Shown: positions 1 through 7,670 of the stretch, in pieces
Layout: each line of letters starts with the position of its first letter
Position numbering within the stretch: the stretch's first letter is position 1
IMG/VR virus record: IMGVR_UViG_3300042934_001304
Span: 1 to 37,256 of that record
DNA: 37,256 bases
Reading direction: 5' to 3' (one strand)
From: a virus
Taxonomy: Duplodnaviria; Caudoviricetes
Position numbers and translations under genes: made by a program
Notes under the pieces: generated by a model
Databases searched by the model: none
What the model was told of the DNA's origin: nothing
Seen by the model: the letters and a program-made list of their open reading frames with translations, nothing else

Positions 1-561
1 TTATTCATTTTTAATTTCTGCAAGCTTTGCTGCAATGGTCTTGAAATCTTCCCAGGCGTCCTTCTTGACTGATTCGTTTCTCAAGAGGTATGAAGGATGG
101 TATGTGGGCATGAAAAAAATATCTCCCTTTTTAACAAACTTTCCTCTCTGCTTGCTTATACTTAAGTTTGGGTCAATGAGCTTTTTGGAAGACACAGCTC
201 CTAGGCACACAATTATTTTAGGGCGGATGAGTTTTACCTGCCACCTTAAATAATCAATGCATGATTCTGCTTCATCATCCATGGGATTCCTGTTTTCCGG
301 AGGTCTGCATTTTACCACATTGGCAATGTACACATCTGAGCGCTTCAGTTTTATTGCTCCAATCATTTTATCAAGCAGCTGACCTGCTTTTCCTACAAAG
401 GGCCTGCCCTGCACATCCTCGTTGTATCCTGGTCCTTCCCCTACAAACATTATGTCTGCATGTTCATTTCCTTCACCGAAAACAACGGTAGTCCTTGTTT
501 CTGCCAGCCTGCACTTTCGACACTTTGAAGTGAATTTTTTAAGCTCATCCATTGAGTACAT
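1..561 (-). CDS. Uracil-DNA glycosylase family 4 (Fe-S), host gene
   Basis: Motifs CRKCRL, GEGPG, GRPFVG, NVVKCRPP, TYHPSYLLR. Likely start is ATG 561 (MYSMDEL, preceded by GAGG) rather than GTG 627. Confidence 0.93.
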   Translation of the reverse strand: MYSMDELKKFTSKCRKCRLAETRTTVVFGEGNEHADIMFVGEGPGYNEDVQGRPFVGKAGQLLDKMIGAIKLKRSDVYIANVVKCRPPENRNPMDDEAESCIDYLRWQVKLIRPKIIVCLGAVSSKKLIDPNLSISKQRGKFVKKGDIFFMPTYHPSYLLRNESVKKDAWEDFKTIAAKLAEIKNE

Positions 562-655
562 AAATGCCTCTACAGTGTCAAATCTATGTGGCAATATCCA
601 TTTGGATTTTTTATAATTCTCGGTCACGTTGAATTTCCAAGACTTATTTTTTTAC

Positions 656-678
656 TGACAACATTATGACAACATTAT
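656..678. repeat. Tandem 11-bp direct repeat TGACAACATTA x2, probable integrase arm-type binding site near attL
   Basis: Sequence TGACAACATTATGACAACATTAT at the phage/host junction. Tandem 10-11-bp repeats are typical arm sites of tyrosine integrases. Confidence 0.6.
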
Positions 679-704
679 ATGAATATCAAAGTGTAATACA
701 AAGA

Positions 705-735
705 AAAAGAACTGTCTATTAAGGCAGTTCTTTTA
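705..735. terminator. Bidirectional intrinsic terminator at the end of the accessory module
   Basis: AAAAGAACTGTCT-ATTTA-AGGCAGTTCTTTT hairpin with A/T tracts on both sides. Confidence 0.7.
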
Positions 736-1219
736 TATCTAAATTAATAACCTCAATCTTATTGCTAGTAATCTTTTTATCCGATACATAAAGCAGTTTT
801 TTAAATTCTGATTCCTCATACTTCTTTATCTTTTCGCTGTCAAACATCCTTTGCAGTTCTACAGCCATATATACCTTTTTACCGTTGCGCTCCAAGTTGA
901 TAGTCATATCAGGTCGCAGATTTCCTATTTGTGTCTGTACAGTCAATATATCAACTGTATATTTATTATTTATTAACCACAAATATGTTTTTGCAAGCAA
1001 ATCCAAATGCAGCTTTTGGGCTGACTCTCTCTTTGTAAAGTAGAAGTATTTATCATTCGCACCATGCCTATTTCTTTTTATATAAAGATAATCATGCAGA
1101 AATGAAAGTCTATAATATGCGACTCTTGGAGAAGGATAGAATATCTTTTGTAACGTATCCCCATAACAAGGTATTTTATCAACAAACTCAATTACTTTCC
1201 AATCCCTATTGGTAATCAT
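719..1219 (-). CDS. Replication-relaxation (Replic_Relax)-like protein: wHTH plus PD-(D/E)XK-like nuclease
   Basis: N-terminal 'ITNRDWKVIEF...YYRLSFL', conserved H in 'QKLHLDLL', 'LRPDM' and 'AVELQR...KIKKYE'. Start overlaps the stop of the FtsK-like gene (1216-1219). Confidence 0.65.
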   Translation of the reverse strand: MITNRDWKVIEFVDKIPCYGDTLQKIFYPSPRVAYYRLSFLHDYLYIKRNRHGANDKYFYFTKRESAQKLHLDLLAKTYLWLINNKYTVDILTVQTQIGNLRPDMTINLERNGKKVYMAVELQRMFDSEKIKKYEESEFKKLLYVSDKKITSNKIEVINLDIKELP

Positions 1220-2019
1220 ATTATACCTTCTAAAGCATCCTTAGCCTGAACAGTCTCTACTTTATAGTGCTTGTTATAATTCATTTTATCTTTTATCATT
1301 TTCTTAATTTCTCTATCCTCTAAGAAAAAACTTTTAAATAAAACATCCTGAGTATCATTTGAAAGTATTGCTTCACCTTTTCCGTGCAGATCGTTCACAG
1401 CTCTTAAATCTCCTTTATCAAGCAATATTTCGCTGTTGTAAGAGTTCTTTACTTTGAATGCGACTGTATGATTAAGGTTAGCTTTTAATTTACTGTCAAG
1501 GTTCTCATGGCACGGCCTTTGTATGCTCAATATGACTTTTATATTTACTGCCCTTGCTTGTGCCAGGATAATGTTTAATTCCTTATTGAAATTCTTGTCA
1601 TTTGACAGCATGGTGTATTCCTCAATCAGTACAACTAAAGGTTTCATTTCATCATTATGTTTCAGATTATAGTCTTTGAAATCCTTACAATTAGTCTTGT
1701 CAAGCAAAGCAAATCTTTCATCTTTTATTAATTTTATTTTTTCTATAATTTTATCAGCTTCATCAACGTTTTTAATAAAAGCTTTTAAATTCTTGTAATT
1801 TCTAAACACGTTATAATCTCCACCCATTTTCATGTCTATGATTATTAAATCGACGTCATTTAATACCATTCCTGTTAATAAACACTTCAGGAAAGAAGTC
1901 TTTCCGCTACCTGTTATTCCGCCCACAAGAACATGAGGCTGATTCTCTAAGTCAATATAAATTATTGCTTCACCTTTGGTCGTTATCGAAACACCTATTG
2001 CATAGATCATTTTATTCAT
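1216..2019 (-). CDS. FtsK/SpoIIIE-family ATPase (single domain, no membrane segment)
   Basis: PHVLVGGITGSGKT (Walker A), IIIDMK, VVLIEEY (Walker B), ARAVNIKVILSIQRP, LHGKGEAI. Confidence 0.9.
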   Translation of the reverse strand: MNKMIYAIGVSITTKGEAIIYIDLENQPHVLVGGITGSGKTSFLKCLLTGMVLNDVDLIIIDMKMGGDYNVFRNYKNLKAFIKNVDEADKIIEKIKLIKDERFALLDKTNCKDFKDYNLKHNDEMKPLVVLIEEYTMLSNDKNFNKELNIILAQARAVNIKVILSIQRPCHENLDSKLKANLNHTVAFKVKNSYNSEILLDKGDLRAVNDLHGKGEAILSNDTQDVLFKSFFLEDREIKKMIKDKMNYNKHYKVETVQAKDALEGII

Positions 2020-2455
2020 CTAAATATACCCCCTTATTTGGCTTATAAACGTCTTTAAATTCAACATCAGATACTTGCATTGCCAGCTTATAATTATTTG
2101 TTAATTCTAATTTAATAGGCTTCTGCAATGCCAATTCTAATTCTTCATGCATTTTTTCAAAATCACTTAAGCACAAGCCGACCGGAACAGAAAAAATATA
2201 TCTATCTCCAAGGTCGTTCTTTTCTTTACTGATCAACTGAGGAGTTTTTTTCTCAGCATTACTTATACCTAAGTTAATAAAAAGCATTTTCCATTTGCTA
2301 TCTAAAAATTCATTTATTATCATGCCGCCTTGTAATGCGGTCAAGCCTAAAAGTAGAAGCTGTGGCATAAAGAACAGTACACTATTTGCAAACACTAAGC
2401 CAATACATCCAGCAAATAAATATATATCATTTTCCATCATTTTGGATGAATTCAT
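2012..2455 (-). CDS. Membrane protein resembling the N-terminal half of phage FtsK-like proteins
   Basis: Two hydrophobic segments, then 'YIFSVPVGLCLSDFEK..EELE'. Start ATG 2455 follows the AAGGGGGT RBS. Confidence 0.65.
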   Translation of the reverse strand: MNSSKMMENDIYLFAGCIGLVFANSVLFFMPQLLLLGLTALQGGMIINEFLDSKWKMLFINLGISNAEKKTPQLISKEKNDLGDRYIFSVPVGLCLSDFEKMHEELELALQKPIKLELTNNYKLAMQVSDVEFKDVYKPNKGVYLDE

Positions 2456-2606
2456 ACTAAATACCCCCTTCAAACAAATATTCACACACTCATTCAAATG
2501 TATTTGAATAGTGTAGTATTGAAATAGCAGCACAAGGACAAAGTGTAAATGAACTTATCAGAACAAGCAGAGTGGATATGGAACGCAGTTCTGTGCCGCG
2601 TTTTAT

Positions 2607-2795
2607 TTACCAGATGTTTTTCCTTTTCTTTCTAATTTCTTCCTTATCATTTGTACCGTAAACTAGGTTATTAAAGTATTCTTTGGATATATTTCCATCT
2701 GCTACCTGTTCTCTTAATCGTCTTATTCCTTCTTTGTTTCCCTCATGTATTCCTTTATAGCAAGCCTTCTCAAATACTTTATATAAATATCCCAT
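2607..2795 (-). CDS. Small hypothetical protein
   Basis: ORF track; GGAGGAG RBS before MGYLYKV. Confidence 0.6.
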   Translation of the reverse strand: MGYLYKVFEKACYKGIHEGNKEGIRRLREQVADGNISKEYFNNLVYGTNDKEEIRKKRKNIW

Positions 2796-2797
2796 TA

Positions 2798-2992
2798 TTA
2801 CTCCTCCAATTCTGTCAAGACATCCAAGGCAAATTGGCATTTATTCAATTTTGCAAAAACCTCGGCAAGTTCTTCATAATAGTAATCTAATCCGTATATT
2901 TTAGAGCGGTCATTTATACTTTGTAGTTCTTTAAGATGCTTCTTTGATTCGTCCTTCAATTCTTCAATTTTACTTTTTAATTTTTCTTCCAT
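2798..2992 (-). CDS. Small coiled-coil hypothetical protein
   Basis: AGGAGG RBS before MEEKLKSK (start approximately 2991-2992). Confidence 0.55.
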   Translation of the reverse strand: MEEKLKSKIEELKDESKKHLKELQSINDRSKIYGLDYYYEELAEVFAKLNKCQFALDVLTELEE

Positions 2993-3000
2993 ATATCCTC

Positions 3001-3291
3001 CTATATAATAATTCCTTGACAACTTTTACCGCCCTTATCAATAATGGAATAGCAATTATATTCCATATCTTTTTTTGTTCTTTTAATTTCTAAAATAAAC
3101 CTCCCGTCATCAGCATTTACAAGTAATCCAAAAGGCTTATTTAAAACCCCTATTACTTCTGGAATATTTGTTCTTAATTCATCTGCGTATTTGTTTGGGT
3201 TGTTTTTGTTGTTTTTAAGTGTGTCATATAAAGATTCTAAAAAATCTGCTTGTTCCTTAACGATTTTATAAAATAAATCTATTTTGTTCAT
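3001..3291 (-). CDS. Hypothetical protein
   Basis: 96-aa ORF with AGGAGGG RBS. Confidence 0.65.
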   Translation of the reverse strand: MNKIDLFYKIVKEQADFLESLYDTLKNNKNNPNKYADELRTNIPEVIGVLNKPFGLLVNADDGRFILEIKRTKKDMEYNCYSIIDKGGKSCQGIII

Positions 3292-3398
3292 AGTACCCTC
3301 CTATATTCGACAAATAATTTACCGCCTATATGATAGCATAATAAAAACACTTCTGTGTTTGCTCCCTCTTGTGCTGTGGCGGCTCTGGGGGAGTTTTT

Positions 3399-3557
3399 TT
3401 ATTCAAGTTTTAAAAATGGTTCTTTCTTTTTCTTTTCTTTTTCCTTTGTTTCTTGCAGTAAATCTTTTACAAAGCAGCTCCTGTTCCTTTTCTTCATAAA
3501 CCATTCGTAAAGTTCTTTTTCAGTTTCCTTGAAAGTAATTTGTACTGACTTAGCCAT
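3399..3557 (-). CDS. Ribbon-helix-helix-like DNA-binding protein (52 aa, not in ORF track)
   Basis: MAKSVQITFKETEKELYEWFMKKRNRSCFVKDLLQE..., an alternating beta strand followed by two helices; AGGAGGTG RBS. Confidence 0.65.
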   Translation of the reverse strand: MAKSVQITFKETEKELYEWFMKKRNRSCFVKDLLQETKEKEKKKKEPFLKLE

Positions 3558-3574
3558 TTCACACCTCCTACTAA

Positions 3575-3603
3575 ATAATATGCTTTGATACTATAATGTA
3601 TGA
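3575..3603 (-). promoter_or_regulatory. Sigma-E-like (sporulation mother-cell) promoter
   Basis: Minus strand TCATACA-N14-CATATTAT just upstream of the RHH gene RBS, resembling the B. subtilis sigma-E consensus (TCATATT-N14-CATACGAT). Confidence 0.55.
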
Positions 3604-3630
3604 CTTAAAACTAAAAATGTTCCAAAAAAT

Positions 3631-3658
3631 AAAAAAAGACCAGGCTATTAACCTGGTC
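3631..3658 (-). terminator. Intrinsic terminator after the lysin gene
   Basis: GACCAGG-TTAATAG-CCTGGTC followed by a T run on the minus strand. Confidence 0.8.
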
Positions 3659-3707
3659 GATATTCTCAAAGGCGTCATCACCTTTACAGATGCAGGATCA
3701 CCTCCTG

Positions 3708-4862
3708 TTATAATCCAAAGCCAATAATATTATTTATTCGCCTATTGTCACCAAATACAAGCATTTCATCAGCGTTATTTATAAAAGTTGAACCGCCGCC
3801 ATCTACGGATAAAGCAATATCATAATTGCAATCTTTAACTAACTTTTGCAAATCATACAAGAAAGAATGTTTGTGATAGATGTTAGGCCTTACCATTAGA
3901 TAGATTTTATTTTCTGCTTTATTGTAGCCGATAACGGTTTTATTTCTTTTTGCAAGTACATCTGTATAATCTACTAGCAAGCCATCTTGCAACCTATTAT
4001 CTTTTTTAAATCCCTCCGATGCAGGATTATATATGAAGGAACTATCTAAAGTGTTTCTAAGTCCTACACCCCCAACAGCAACTTTAATATTTTTATAATC
4101 TAAATCAGTGGCAAAATTAGCTTTCTTCATTTCTACACGGCCGTCATTATAAACTATGAATACCGACTGAGGAGCTTTGAAATCATAATAATGATTTGCT
4201 TCATTTCTATAAATTTTGCCATCTATAATTAAAATTGAAGTTGGATAAGTCTTAGTCCTAGCAGTATCTTCCCACCAAAAGAACGTACCATTAACGCAGC
4301 AAGGTTCCCCTATTGTTTGGTTTTTCTGATTAACAATCTTAACACCAAAATCTTTTACATCACCTTTAAGCTGATATGTGCCGTTTGTTGTCTTGAAATA
4401 TTCGACTTTTATTTGTAGGACTGCTTCTGCAGCATTAACCAAATCTTTAGGATTAATACACATAACATGCCTACCTTTCAAAAGACTCTTTAACCAGAAC
4501 ATACTATCATACAAGCAGTCTCTTATTTCAAAGTGCAAATGTGGGCCAGTTGTCATTCCTGTCATACCCACATGACCGATTATCTGTCCTGCTTTAATAG
4601 ATTGTCCTATACTTACCTCTAGGGCTTTCATATGCGCGTATAAACTGCAATAGTTTGAGTGTTCTATAACAACATATAGTCCGTATCCGTCAGTATCATT
4701 TTTAGCAACAACAACCTTACCATCGTCAACAGCATAAATATTATCATTTAAAGCAGCTCTATAATCAATGCCTGGATGAAACTCTAAACCGCCTAAAACT
4801 CTAATTCCATATTCGCTAGTTATTTCGATTTTTAGCAAAGGCTTATACTTTAATTTAATCAT
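3708..4862 (-). CDS. Endolysin: N-terminal M23 peptidase plus C-terminal phosphodiester glycosidase (NAGPA-like) domain
   Basis: HPGID...YAHM...TGPHLHFE (M23 HxxxD/HxH); C-terminal VNGTFF, RNKTVIG and ALSVDGGGST; lies directly after the holins. Confidence 0.8.
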   Translation of the reverse strand: MIKLKYKPLLKIEITSEYGIRVLGGLEFHPGIDYRAALNDNIYAVDDGKVVVAKNDTDGYGLYVVIEHSNYCSLYAHMKALEVSIGQSIKAGQIIGHVGMTGMTTGPHLHFEIRDCLYDSMFWLKSLLKGRHVMCINPKDLVNAAEAVLQIKVEYFKTTNGTYQLKGDVKDFGVKIVNQKNQTIGEPCCVNGTFFWWEDTARTKTYPTSILIIDGKIYRNEANHYYDFKAPQSVFIVYNDGRVEMKKANFATDLDYKNIKVAVGGVGLRNTLDSSFIYNPASEGFKKDNRLQDGLLVDYTDVLAKRNKTVIGYNKAENKIYLMVRPNIYHKHSFLYDLQKLVKDCNYDIALSVDGGGSTFINNADEMLVFGDNRRINNIIGFGL

Positions 4863-4865
4863 AGT

Positions 4866-5108
4866 TTATTCCTTCTTTGCTTGAGTTCCAAAATAAAAAG
4901 CTATAATTGTTACAAACACCGTCATAAACTGCTCAGGCGTTATCTTGCCGGTAACAGACAAATAAGCATATACAGATGTTAATATAATCGTTACTAAGCT
5001 TTTTACGCTTAAAAGCCTTGCTGCTCTCTGTGCAAATGTTAATTCTCTTTCGCTAACATCTGCTAATCCGGTTAACATTATTTCATTTGTTTCTTTTATT
5101 TCACTCAT
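4866..5108 (-). CDS. Holin-like two-TM membrane protein
   Basis: Two hydrophobic helices and 'IIAFYFGTQ'; precedes the lysin. Confidence 0.7.
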   Translation of the reverse strand: MSEIKETNEIMLTGLADVSERELTFAQRAARLLSVKSLVTIILTSVYAYLSVTGKITPEQFMTVFVTIIAFYFGTQAKKE

Positions 5109-5359
5109 TTTATTTCTCCTTTCAATTCATCTTCCAAATCCTTAATTCGATGGTTTGCAACTTTTAATTGCTCTTCATGTAGAGTTTGTCTCTCTTCAAT
5201 TTTAAAAGTTCTTTCAATAAGGTTATTGTGCTTATTAACCTTACTTTCTAGTTGTTCCAATCTATAATTCGTTAATCTGCTTGAAACAACAATGCCACCA
5301 AAAGTACCGGATATAGTTCCGGCAAATGCTATAATAGCAACTATAATTTCACTGCTCAT
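5105..5359 (-). CDS. Holin-like / lysis-associated single-TM coiled-coil protein
   Basis: N-terminal TM followed by 'YRLEQLESKVNKHNNLIER...ANHRIKDLE'. Confidence 0.65.
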   Translation of the reverse strand: MSSEIIVAIIAFAGTISGTFGGIVVSSRLTNYRLEQLESKVNKHNNLIERTFKIEERQTLHEEQLKVANHRIKDLEDELKGEIK

Positions 5360-5388
5360 TAACCACCTCTTATGTATTTTTATTTAAT

Positions 5389-5455
5389 TAAAAAGGACCT
5401 CTTTTGAGATCCTTTGTACTTATATTAAATTAAAAAGCAGCCCAAATTGGCTGCA
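5389..5455 (-). terminator. Two tandem terminator-like hairpins between tail and lysis genes
   Basis: GCAGCC-AATTTG-GGCTGC-TTTTT and AAAGGATCTC-AAAA-GAGGTCCTTTTT on the minus strand. Confidence 0.6.
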
Positions 5456-5510
5456 TAATGTTAAAAGCTTTTTCAATATATTCTGACATCAATACACCTC
5501 AATTAAATTA

Positions 5511-6863
5511 TTATATAATTTGTGCAAATCTTCTTTTTTTACCCACTGATGACATTTCTTCACCGTATGCTGTAATTGGTGGTGTAAAATTTGATGTCCA
5601 TCTCGCTATTCCTTTAGATATACGATATTCGTCAATGTATCCGTTAAAATAGCCAGTGTTTTCACCTGTTGCTTCACATCTCCCGATAGCCCAAGTATTA
5701 CTCCATGTAGGCATTGCAGTTGATATAGTAGCAGTTCCAATTTGTACCCCATCCAAAAATAAATAAAACGTATTGCCATTCCTTACAAGCGCTATATGAT
5801 ACCATTTATTTACTTCAGGAGTCCAATTCCCTTGAACCGTAATAACGGTATAATCAGCTATATTAAACCTAATAATACTTGAACCTAAGAAAAAATCTGT
5901 TCCCGGATTTGCGTTATTAGGACCGTTTGATAACAGATAAAAACAAGTATTGTATGTGTTACCCGTTGGCAAAGCATTTAAGTAAACCCAAGTATCTATT
6001 GTAAAATCTCCGCTGTCCATAAGTGTAGCTGGAAAAGGTGGAAACGTGAGAAAATCTCCAGCACCGTCTAATAAAACACTTGCTGTGCCAAATTTTTTGA
6101 TGTTTGTTTTTAAACAGGTGTTGCCGTTTGCTGAAACGCTTAAATTTTCACGAGCTTCATAAGGAAATGATGTACCATTATCCACCCCATCCATGTGCAT
6201 TAATACTTTCGTATTATCATCTATTGTGTGTGCAAAATTTGGTGGTGTAAAATTTGATGTCCATCTTGCACCGTATGATACTCTTATTTCGTCTATATAC
6301 CCTTTATACCATAAACTTGAATCATTAGCTCTACCTATTATAATTCTTGCTGTTGGCAGGTTATAACTTATAGTCTGCGAAATTTCAAGTACGCCGTTTA
6401 AATAAACTTTCAGCATAGTACCTTCTCCCACTAATGCTACGTGATACCATGTGTTCACTAACAGAACTGTATCCCCACTATAATTTGTCCCAGCGTATCT
6501 TACATATAACCTTTTATCTGCTCCACCACCTGCGTTCAACCCCAACATTAAACCATAGTTATCTCCGTCACGTGATTCGTAAATCGGTGCGTATGCTGAT
6601 GTTGAAGGGAAATTAATCCAGCAATCAACCGTAAAATTTCTGTTCCCAAAAAAACCACCTATAGGTACGGTGATGTAGTCGGTACTACCATTAAAATAAG
6701 CACTTGCTGTCCCGAATTTTTTCACTGCTGTCTTTGTGCAAGCCGAACCGTTTGGTGTAGCATTGCCGTCTACATTTTCTGCGGGTGCTTCGTTTAAAAT
6801 TAGCGTACTGCCGTCCGTACCGTCTGCGTGTAGTAATAACTTCGTGTAAGTATCAATTGCCAT
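5511..6863 (-). CDS. Tail/receptor-binding protein with two tandem LamG (concanavalin A-like) domains
   Basis: Duplicated unit TKLLLH.DG...KKFGTAS..F.G...FT.D.W...WYH.ALV...GYIDE.R.S.G.ARWTSNFTPP. Confidence 0.8.
   Translation of the reverse strand: MAIDTYTKLLLHADGTDGSTLILNEAPAENVDGNATPNGSACTKTAVKKFGTASAYFNGSTDYITVPIGGFFGNRNFTVDCWINFPSTSAYAPIYESRDGDNYGLMLGLNAGGGADKRLYVRYAGTNYSGDTVLLVNTWYHVALVGEGTMLKVYLNGVLEISQTISYNLPTARIIIGRANDSSLWYKGYIDEIRVSYGARWTSNFTPPNFAHTIDDNTKVLMHMDGVDNGTSFPYEARENLSVSANGNTCLKTNIKKFGTASVLLDGAGDFLTFPPFPATLMDSGDFTIDTWVYLNALPTGNTYNTCFYLLSNGPNNANPGTDFFLGSSIIRFNIADYTVITVQGNWTPEVNKWYHIALVRNGNTFYLFLDGVQIGTATISTAMPTWSNTWAIGRCEATGENTGYFNGYIDEYRISKGIARWTSNFTPPITAYGEEMSSVGKKRRFAQII
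5576..6266. repeat. Exact 28-bp direct repeat (5576-5603 and 6239-6266) closing each LamG unit
   Basis: TTGGTGGTGTAAAATTTGATGTCCATCT occurs at both positions. Confidence 0.9.
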
Positions 6864-6865
6864 TT

Positions 6866-7369
6866 TTACACCTCGCAAATAATAATAACTGATAGGTTTT
6901 CTCCTGCTGCAGTGCTTCCGATTTGGTCTATGTCGATAGAAATCTTGTCACCCAAAGACAAAGATGTTATATCAGGATCGGTTGCTGTTGCAGAAGTCCC
7001 ATCAATTGCTATTATAGGTCTATTATTTTGAGTTGTATAAATTGTTGTTCCGTTTTTATTTATATCAATAATTAATGCTGCTCCTGTTGGTGCTGTATCA
7101 ACCGCTAATCTGATTTCAGTTATAGTCAGTGCTTGCGGCGAAATCACCGAAATTAAACCTGTCCCAACTTCTAAAGCATCATCAATATAAAAAGATATAG
7201 CTTTAGTTTGTGAAGCAGCGCCTAATGGAGTTTCTGTTCCTGCATCATTTTTGCTGTATAATTTGCCATCTGGTTTTGCATATATTCTTATTATATTAAA
7301 TTCAGGAGTTGCAGGAGCATCCCCCTCTAAAAATTGTAACAAAGTATTTTTAACATCTTGTATTTTCAC
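6866..7369 (-). CDS. Minor tail/baseplate protein
   Basis: Position in the tail module; beta-rich 'TAPTGAALIIDINKNGTTI...DIDQIGSTAAG'. Confidence 0.55.
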   Translation of the reverse strand: MKIQDVKNTLLQFLEGDAPATPEFNIIRIYAKPDGKLYSKNDAGTETPLGAASQTKAISFYIDDALEVGTGLISVISPQALTITEIRLAVDTAPTGAALIIDINKNGTTIYTTQNNRPIIAIDGTSATATDPDITSLSLGDKISIDIDQIGSTAAGENLSVIIICEV

Positions 7370-7659
7370 TAAATCACCTCTCCCATTACAACATCGCCAT
7401 TAAAAAAAACTATTTCTGGCGATGTAGAATCACCATTAGTTATTGGCTCAAAATATTTTATTTCGTTTATTTTTGCATATACCTCATCGTGATTATGATT
7501 TATATCTGCCTTGCTTGCAAGCTCTGCCTTTGTTGCAAAATTACTTATATCTAAAAAAAACTGTTCTGTTCCGTTGTCTTTAAATACAGTTTGCGGACTT
7601 CTATTCTTTAATCTTTCTTCATCATCTCTTTTCCGCTTAAGCGCCTTGCTTAAATTCAT
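7369..7659 (-). CDS. Small tail-fibre-associated protein
   Basis: 'KADINHNHDEVY' HxH fibre-like motif; GGGAGTG RBS before ATG 7659. Confidence 0.5.
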   Translation of the reverse strand: MNLSKALKRKRDDEERLKNRSPQTVFKDNGTEQFFLDISNFATKAELASKADINHNHDEVYAKINEIKYFEPITNGDSTSPEIVFFNGDVVMGEVI

Positions 7660-7670
7660 AATATCACTCC

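Noticed and set aside
562-627. 22-aa N-terminal extension of the UDG from GTG 627
   Set aside because: No RBS at 627, whereas ATG 561 has GAGG and gives a typical family-4 length.
2528-3376. 9-bp inverted repeat CAGCACAAG/CTTGTGCTG flanking three small ORFs (invertible segment?)
   Set aside because: Too short, does not extend, and no invertase is nearby; compatible with chance.
5511-6863. Diversity-generating retroelement (VR/TR pair) in the tail gene
   Set aside because: No reverse transcriptase in the window. The repeats are two in-frame protein domains and their differences are not adenine-specific.
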